From Candidatus Latescibacterota bacterium (GTDB lineage Bacteria; Latescibacterota; UBA2968; GCA-2709665): DNA of 64,000 bases. The DNA is taken from NCBI GenBank assembly GCA_965248435.1, contig OZ252100.1:5504001-5568000 (forward strand), in the 5' to 3' direction. Positions 57,772 to 64,000 of this stretch are shown here, piece by piece (positions within the stretch are counted from its first letter, which is position 1; every line of letters starts with the position of its first letter). The translations under genes were made by a program, and so were the position numbers. The notes under the pieces are model-generated. The model saw only the letters and a list, made by a program, of their open reading frames with translations, was not told where the DNA came from and ran no database searches.

Positions 57772-60111
57772 TCAGACCTTGAAAACCTTCATCACTTCGT
57801 CGCCCAGGTGGTTGATCACCTTCACAGCGATTCGTCCGCTCTTCGGTTTCTCGAATGGGCGTGAGGTGTCGCTGTTGAGGGTTGCCCAAGCCTCGGGGTC
57901 GATTTCGGCCTTTAGCGTAGTCTTGAGGGCGCGGTATGGGTCGTTGGCACCGAGGAAGTAGGCATGGCGAACGAAGAAGCTCTCTTCGTTGTAGTCTGCA
58001 TCGATGAACCAGCAGGCGATGCCATCCGCGCCATCGCTAACAACCTCGCCAGTTTGTGGCTTAAAAACGTCCACGCCATTCACCTTCACCTTCAGCTTGT
58101 CCTCGTCTTCGGTAAGGAGAGTGATGTCGGGCTCGCCGAATATGACAAAGAGGTTGCCCTTCCCGGTGTTCTTGAGGTCTTCGGCCATGTGCAGATCGGC
58201 ATTCATGCGGGCCTTGAGCACGGGCAAATGGCCCAGCTTGCTGAACTCCGTGGCGTGCGCCTCATAATTAAAGGCGCAGGTGATCAGCACATCGAATCCG
58301 GCATCACCCGATTCTCGGGCGGCCGCAACAAGATCGGCGCGCTGGACGGTGCCGAACTCGGGGCCGATGAAGATTGCCGCGCGTTTCTCTGTCTCGCCTT
58401 CAAGGTATCCACCTTCGGCGCATACTAGATCGCCAGGCCACGGGTTAAGGCCGGTGAATGTGATCCTGCCCTCTTTGTGGGCCTGCTGCACACCCGCAGT
58501 CTTAAGGTTCTCCAGGATCATCTGCGGGAAGGACTGCTTGGCCCCGCCATCTTCTCTCAACGAGTCGATCAACTCGTCGTTCTCATCCACGCTCAGCACT
58601 CGGTGGGGGCTGAGGCTTTCGACTGTGAAGGGGCCAGCCACACGGACCGTCTTCTTGTCGTCGTATGGCTTGTCGTAGAGGTATTCAAATTCAGCCTTGG
58701 CGGCGATGGACTTGTCGATCTCCTGCTGCCGGCCAATGCGAGCCTGCCACCAGTCGGCGTGCAGCGTCTTCGCCGCGTCCGGCCACTTGGGATCGGCATC
58801 GCGGGGGATCTCCCACTCCTGCCAGGTCTTCTTGAGCGTAGCGTTCAGCGATTCACGCAGCGGCTCCAGCTTCGCCTGCCACTTCTCCCAGATGACATCG
58901 ATCTCGGCGTTGTTGGCGATGGACTTGAGCGTGATGTGCGGTACCCGCTCATAGACGAAGCCGTGGCGGATGTTCCCATGCACGGGCTGGGAACTCGGCG
59001 CGGTTCGGGTGACTTCGGCATCCTTGAGCTGGCCATCGCGAGAATCGGCCAGCAGGTAGAATGAATAGCGCGCGCCCATGATGCGGGCACGGGCCAGCGT
59101 CAGCGCCACGCGCGAGGTGTCAATCGTGATCCAGCGACGGCCCCATTGCTCGGCGACATAGGCGGCGGTGCCGGAACCGCAGGTCGGATCAAGCACGAGG
59201 TCGCCGGGGTCGGTGGTCATGAGGATGCAACGTTCGACAACACCCGGCGCGGTTTGGACCACGTATGTCAGTTCGCGACCGATTTGCACGCTCTCCCAGC
59301 GGTCGTCGATTGGGAGAACCGGAAAGTCATCTACAAACCGCTTATACCACACCGTGACACCCTGTTGGACAATCCGGCCGGCGAATTGGAGGCGTTTACA
59401 CCCCAGTTCAGGGTCGGTTTTCCAGTGCTTTCCATGCCGCAGTGGATATTCTCTTCCACGAAAAGTGAAGGGTTTAGGTTTAGAAGGGACACCATCTGAA
59501 AGCAATGTTGTTAATCGACACCGCGCGCCTTCTGGAATTTCCACCTCACCGCGGATTGCCTTCGCCGGGATCCGCTGCAAATCACCATCGGGCGTCTCAA
59601 CATAGTCATACCGATCGAGCGACGTAGTGCCCTTGCGCCGCTCCCGAAACAACTGTCTGAACTTGGCGATCGATTTCTGTTTGGCGTACCACACGATGTA
59701 GTCAACAGTTCCGGGCAGCATATTACCTGCCAAGCTTCCGGTCTTCTGGAAGTTTACCAAACAGACGAAGTTCTCCTCGCCGAATACTTCATCCATCAAT
59801 GCGCGCACACGATGTACGTTTTCATCGCCGATCTGCACGAAGACTGAACCGGCCTCAGTCAACAAATCCCTCGCAACCGTGAGCCGATCTCGCAGATACG
59901 TCAGATACGAGTGAATCCCATCTCGCCATGTATCGCGAAACGCCTTTACCTGTTCCGGCTCCCGGGTGATATGGTCAGCCTTACCGTCCTTGACTTCGCG
60001 GCTCGTCGTGGACCACTGGAAGTTGCTGTTGAACTTGATGCCGTAGGGCGGGTCGAGATAGATGCACTGCACTTTGCCTCGCAGGCCCTCACGCTCGGTA
60101 AGGCTTGCCAT
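57772..60111 (-). pseudogene. type III R-M Mod-like adenine methyltransferase, 5'-truncated
   Basis: IYLDPPYG, LVLDPTCGSGT, IAVKVINHLGDE; begins at MASL, just past where the family GDSL motif would lie. Confidence 0.8.
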
Positions 60112-60113
60112 GA

Positions 60114-60863
60114 AGGGGGGTTCTTTGGGGTGATATGAGTCCTCGTAATATCCTTGTGCAGAGAACAGAACAGGATGTGTCCTATCACATCTTTGATTTC
60201 GAAAAGACTCAGGTCTTGAACGAACCTATTTCCATCGAAGATCGGCAGGGACATTGCCGGGGGCAAATTTGCGCAGAGGAATTAAGCATCATTTGTACAG
60301 TTGATGAAGTTCAGGAGTGTTTTCGTAGCTACTTTAACCCAAAGGAGTGGGATTTTGAATCAGAAGAAGGCTTGCCATTTCCGGAGCGCCCGGAAGTAGC
60401 GGATATCCTGAATCGACGGGATATTCGTAGTGTCACACTAGGAAAGTATAATCGCACAGATCGTGAAATGATGAGTGCACGTATTCCATATGCCTGTCCA
60501 GCAACGGGAGGACGTAAATATCCCGGTCAGCTAAACTTTAAGGTTGAACATTACCTTAGTTGTGCTGGTTACGATAATGCTAGACATTATGAATGCAAGA
60601 CAACTGAGATCTTAATTGCTGCCAAACGGCATAATTGTCATGATACTATTGTGGATTTATTAGCCGGAGCAACCGGTCGGGTTGAATCCGCATTTCTGAA
60701 GGCGGAATTTGAGGGTATTCTTGAGAGAGGTTCGATAGAGTATCTAGAGCCTCCGAAACAAGCCATTAAGAAACTGATGCATATCATTGATGAGCTTTAT
60801 CGGACGCGAGAAAACGAGGATGTCTTTCGGAGTTTGTCCGACAGGGCCAGGGAGAAAGTTTAA
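60114..60863 (+). pseudogene. protein-kinase-like / phosphotransferase protein, 5'-truncated
   Basis: In-frame RGVLWGDMSPRNILV (catalytic loop) and IFDFE begin right at the junction; no N-lobe. Confidence 0.65.
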
Positions 60864-61885
60864 TGGAATCATTTGGTCAATATATACGGAACCGAATTAG
60901 AGTTGAAGTGGATGTAACAATTCGTCTGGGGCCGATCGAGTTCCGTTTGGTGAGTAATGTTCCTGAATTCCCAACATTGCAATTCTTTAGCAAGACTGCT
61001 CAGAAACTGCATAATGATGAGGATATAGCATTTGAGTTGTGGTGTGTATCACTGGAAAAGATCTCTATTAATTGGGATTACATACTGAAACAAATTGACC
61101 ATACTTGCAGGGGAAAAGGGTTCTCTAAGGGATACTACGCGACCGATCATTTTGGCTCACCAATTTACCTTGTCACCCGAGGACGGCGTTTCTATGTATT
61201 TGGTGAACAATTGGAACGTGTAGTTTGGCCCTACTTTGTCAAATATTTTCTACTTTTGCATTCAATCGATGATGAATCGCTGCATCTCAAGGGTGCGGCT
61301 TGTGCAATTAAAACGGCTGGCACGCTTCTGCTTGGCCGGGGAGGAAGCGGGAAGACAGTCTTCCTTACTCAACTGTGCGAACACGGGGCGGGATTTGTGA
61401 CCAATTCTCACGCTGTAGTTAAGGAATGTCGCATTACAGGCGTTGCCAGTTCGATACGTATCCGATCTGGGCCGTTGTTCTCCAGTTTTGGAGACAAGGC
61501 CGAGCGGAAACCAGCCCTTGAAACCGGGGAAGTTATCATTGATCCCTACGATGTATTCGATAACTACAACACTTACGATTCAGTAGAGATCAAGAATTTG
61601 TGTATTATCGATTTTCATCATTCTGGTCATCACGTCATTAAAGAGGTTGTGGAGCAAGATATCTACAACTATGCTGAACAGTTTTCTTTGGCAATTAATG
61701 TGTATCGTTTGGAGGAGGATCTGCTGGACCTTTACAAAGGTGATTATAGGGAGTTCTCTGAAGTTTATGAAAAGATGAAGATCCAACTCAAGAATCTCAT
61801 ACATCAAAGCAACTGCTATTACATCAGCAGCGATATGTTTAAGGAGACATATCGGAATGAAGTTCTTGACTTACTCTCTAAATAA
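60863..61885 (+). CDS. P-loop kinase, HprK/FomB-like
   Basis: LHLKGAA...TLLLGRGGSGKT...FVTNSH. Confidence 0.65.
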   Translation: MESFGQYIRNRIRVEVDVTIRLGPIEFRLVSNVPEFPTLQFFSKTAQKLHNDEDIAFELWCVSLEKISINWDYILKQIDHTCRGKGFSKGYYATDHFGSPIYLVTRGRRFYVFGEQLERVVWPYFVKYFLLLHSIDDESLHLKGAACAIKTAGTLLLGRGGSGKTVFLTQLCEHGAGFVTNSHAVVKECRITGVASSIRIRSGPLFSSFGDKAERKPALETGEVIIDPYDVFDNYNTYDSVEIKNLCIIDFHHSGHHVIKEVVEQDIYNYAEQFSLAINVYRLEEDLLDLYKGDYREFSEVYEKMKIQLKNLIHQSNCYYISSDMFKETYRNEVLDLLSK

Positions 61886-61900
61886 GTGAGGATGTAGTCA

Positions 61901-62401
61901 TTGTCTACTTCATCAAAATACATTATTTCAATTTCTGACTTGAGTTTGCTGCGCACTCAGTTGGCAAAACAAACAGTTGTGTTGGGAACTGGTTGTTTCG
62001 ATTTACTACATGTTGGACATCTACACTTTCTTATAGAGGCACGTAAGCAAGGTGAAGTTTTGGTGGTAGGAATCAATAGCGATGATTCAATAGGCATAAT
62101 AAAGGGGCCTCACAGGCCAATTCAAAAGGAAGATCAACGTTCTGAGCTTATAGGGGCTCTCCGGTATGTTGATTATGTTTTTATCTACGATGATGTTGTT
62201 GCGGATAGCTGCATTCTTAGATTGAAGCCGGATATCTACGCCATTGGTGAAGAGAGTGTAGAGACTTATCCTAGCGAACTTGCTGCGGCAAACAGTATCG
62301 GAACACGCATACATGTTGTGAGACGAATACGATCTGCGTCAACAACATCGATCGTTGAAACTGTTTTGAGTCAGAACGAAAAAAAATCTCAGGATGTCTA
62401 G
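61901..62401 (+). CDS. cytidylyl/adenylyltransferase (RfaE/TagD-like)
   Basis: GCFDLLHVGH, VVGINSD, KGPHRP, STTSI. Confidence 0.9.
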   Translation: MSTSSKYIISISDLSLLRTQLAKQTVVLGTGCFDLLHVGHLHFLIEARKQGEVLVVGINSDDSIGIIKGPHRPIQKEDQRSELIGALRYVDYVFIYDDVVADSCILRLKPDIYAIGEESVETYPSELAAANSIGTRIHVVRRIRSASTTSIVETVLSQNEKKSQDV

Positions 62402-62416
62402 CGATGAAAGGAATCA

Positions 62417-63718
62417 TTGCCCGATGTGCATTTTGCAGAAACCAATTCGTTGAAAACCATTGTTACGCGAGATGCAATAATGTCACGACCGTGTTCTAGT
62501 CTTCGAATCAATAGATCAGAAGAGCTTTTGCAGCGGGCCGAAACCTGCGATGCATGGGCTGCCACGCGCCAGAGAAACTATTATTCCATTGAGAAATCAT
62601 ATCCAGTATATGCAAGCCATGCTAAAGGGTCACATGTTTGGGATGTTGACGGAAACTGCTACATTGACTACACATTGGGATATGGAACAGTTGTACTCGG
62701 CCATGCAGACTCAAGAGTGACCAATGCGGTAGTAAAGGAACTCGAAAGCGGTAGTTGTCTTTCTCCGTTGTGGAAACCGGCCCAGGTTGAGTTAACGAGC
62801 CTTCTTTCTTCTGTAATCCCCGGAGCAGAGATGGCTTTTCTGATGAAAACGGGCTCAGATGCAACCAGTGGTGCGCTTCGACTTGCGCGAATTTACACTT
62901 GTCGTGATAAAGTTGTTCGGTGGGGTTACAATGGATGGCATGATTGGGCAACGCCACGTCCTATGGGTGTTCCTCCATCAACTCGAGCAGAAACACTCAA
63001 TTTTGACTATAACGATACGGCATCACTCAAGGCGGTATTTGAAGAAAATCCGGACCAAATTGCCTGTGTCTTAATGATGCCTTTTGAACTGGACGCGCCA
63101 TGTCCAGGCTTCTTACAGGAGGTTAAGGCTATCGCGCATGAGTACGGCGCGCTATTCGTGCTTGATGAAATGCGATCCGGCTTCCGTATGGCGCTTGGTG
63201 GAGCTCAAGAGTATTTTGGCGTACAGGCTGATTTGGCGACATATAGCAAGGCAATGTCGAATGGCTATCCTATTTCTGCTATTGTTGGGCGACAGGAAAT
63301 TCTTCGAGGTGTTGGTCGCACAAAAATGACATCTACGTTCTTTACAAGCTCTGCCGAAATGGTCGCTGCTATGACAACCATCTCTATACTAAGGGAAACG
63401 GATGCGCTTTCTCATATATGGGCGATGGGTAGGATGCTTCAACAAGGCCTTAGTGTCCTTGTCGATGAACTTGGTGTTCCTGCTCAGGTTGTTGGTTTTC
63501 CACCACTTCCCTTTATGCAATTTACTATAGCCGATGATATCAATCGTGAACATGCTAAATCAGTATTCTATTCGGAAACAACAAGATTGGGCGTCATGTT
63601 TCATCCCAGCCATCACTGGTATATATCCGCTGCACATACTCCACTAGACATCAGACATACGCTTGATGTGTGCAGAAAGGGTTTTGAAGCGGTAGGGCAC
63701 GAAATCGTTGAAGCTTAG
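62417..63718 (+). CDS. class III PLP aminotransferase (GSA-aminomutase-like)
   Basis: WDVDGN.YID, KTGSDA, GYNGWHDW, DEMRSGFR, SKAMSNG. Confidence 0.9.
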   Translation: MPDVHFAETNSLKTIVTRDAIMSRPCSSLRINRSEELLQRAETCDAWAATRQRNYYSIEKSYPVYASHAKGSHVWDVDGNCYIDYTLGYGTVVLGHADSRVTNAVVKELESGSCLSPLWKPAQVELTSLLSSVIPGAEMAFLMKTGSDATSGALRLARIYTCRDKVVRWGYNGWHDWATPRPMGVPPSTRAETLNFDYNDTASLKAVFEENPDQIACVLMMPFELDAPCPGFLQEVKAIAHEYGALFVLDEMRSGFRMALGGAQEYFGVQADLATYSKAMSNGYPISAIVGRQEILRGVGRTKMTSTFFTSSAEMVAAMTTISILRETDALSHIWAMGRMLQQGLSVLVDELGVPAQVVGFPPLPFMQFTIADDINREHAKSVFYSETTRLGVMFHPSHHWYISAAHTPLDIRHTLDVCRKGFEAVGHEIVEA

Positions 63719-63807
63719 TCTCTCCTGGAGATCGAAGCACAAAATAATCATTCATCGTACAATTGGCTCGGGAATGCGAATACACTTACGAACTGGAACC
63801 TAGCATT

Positions 63808-64000
63808 ATGGCAGACTCTAGACAGAACGTATTAAGCCCATCTGACACTGAACAAGCCACCCGTAAGCAGCTGTTGCAAATGTTTGAGGGTACTCCCATC
63901 CCTCGAGAACTGATATTGGAGAATTTGGAGCTATATTTGCGTCCTCAGAGGATTTCTGAAATTCTTTCCCTCCAGCGAATTTATGCGAAAATTCTGGATG
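63808..64000 (+). CDS. TylF/MycF-related methyltransferase, N-terminus (runs off the right edge)
   Basis: TPIP..LI.ENL.LYL.......IL....IY.KILD pattern. Confidence 0.5.
   Translation, partial: MADSRQNVLSPSDTEQATRKQLLQMFEGTPIPRELILENLELYLRPQRISEILSLQRIYAKILD

Overview
Bacterial DNA in two parts. About 1-26.7 kb is mostly + strand metabolic and envelope genes: a frameshifted D-2-hydroxyacid dehydrogenase, DUF1015, EamA, a GH38-like and an MBL-like protein that both lack catalytic residues, a penicillin acylase, CoA-transferase A/B, FAH, a sigma54-preceded FapA/DUF342 gene, and a GT-C plus nucleotide-amino-sugar cluster. From 26.9 kb the window is a mosaic of integrated elements, marked by two copies of a tRNA-Glu-like 3' end (26877, 28674, - strand) and a tRNA-Pro-like 3' half (38461, + strand). 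It holds: (i) a capsid-less satellite-like module (sigma54 activator, MerR/Xis-like HTH, DUF3854-D5 primase/helicase, iteron origin, TerS, TerL) followed by a HicA-HicB-SecB toxin-antitoxin-chaperone triad behind a sigma54-type promoter; (ii) HEPN-like and SIR2-like defence candidates, an IS3 relic, a phage repressor switch, a resolvase and HU; (iii) an integrase-less array of four attC sites, one split by an ORF-less, non-IIC group II intron lying on the cassette strand; (iv) nucleases, RmuC, a RelE-like/UvrD helicase and a type III Mod; and (v) after a sharp breakpoint at about 60112, a low-GC kinase / nucleotidyltransferase / aminotransferase / methyltransferase cluster running off the end. 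All family calls come from motif recognition by eye; no database searches were run.
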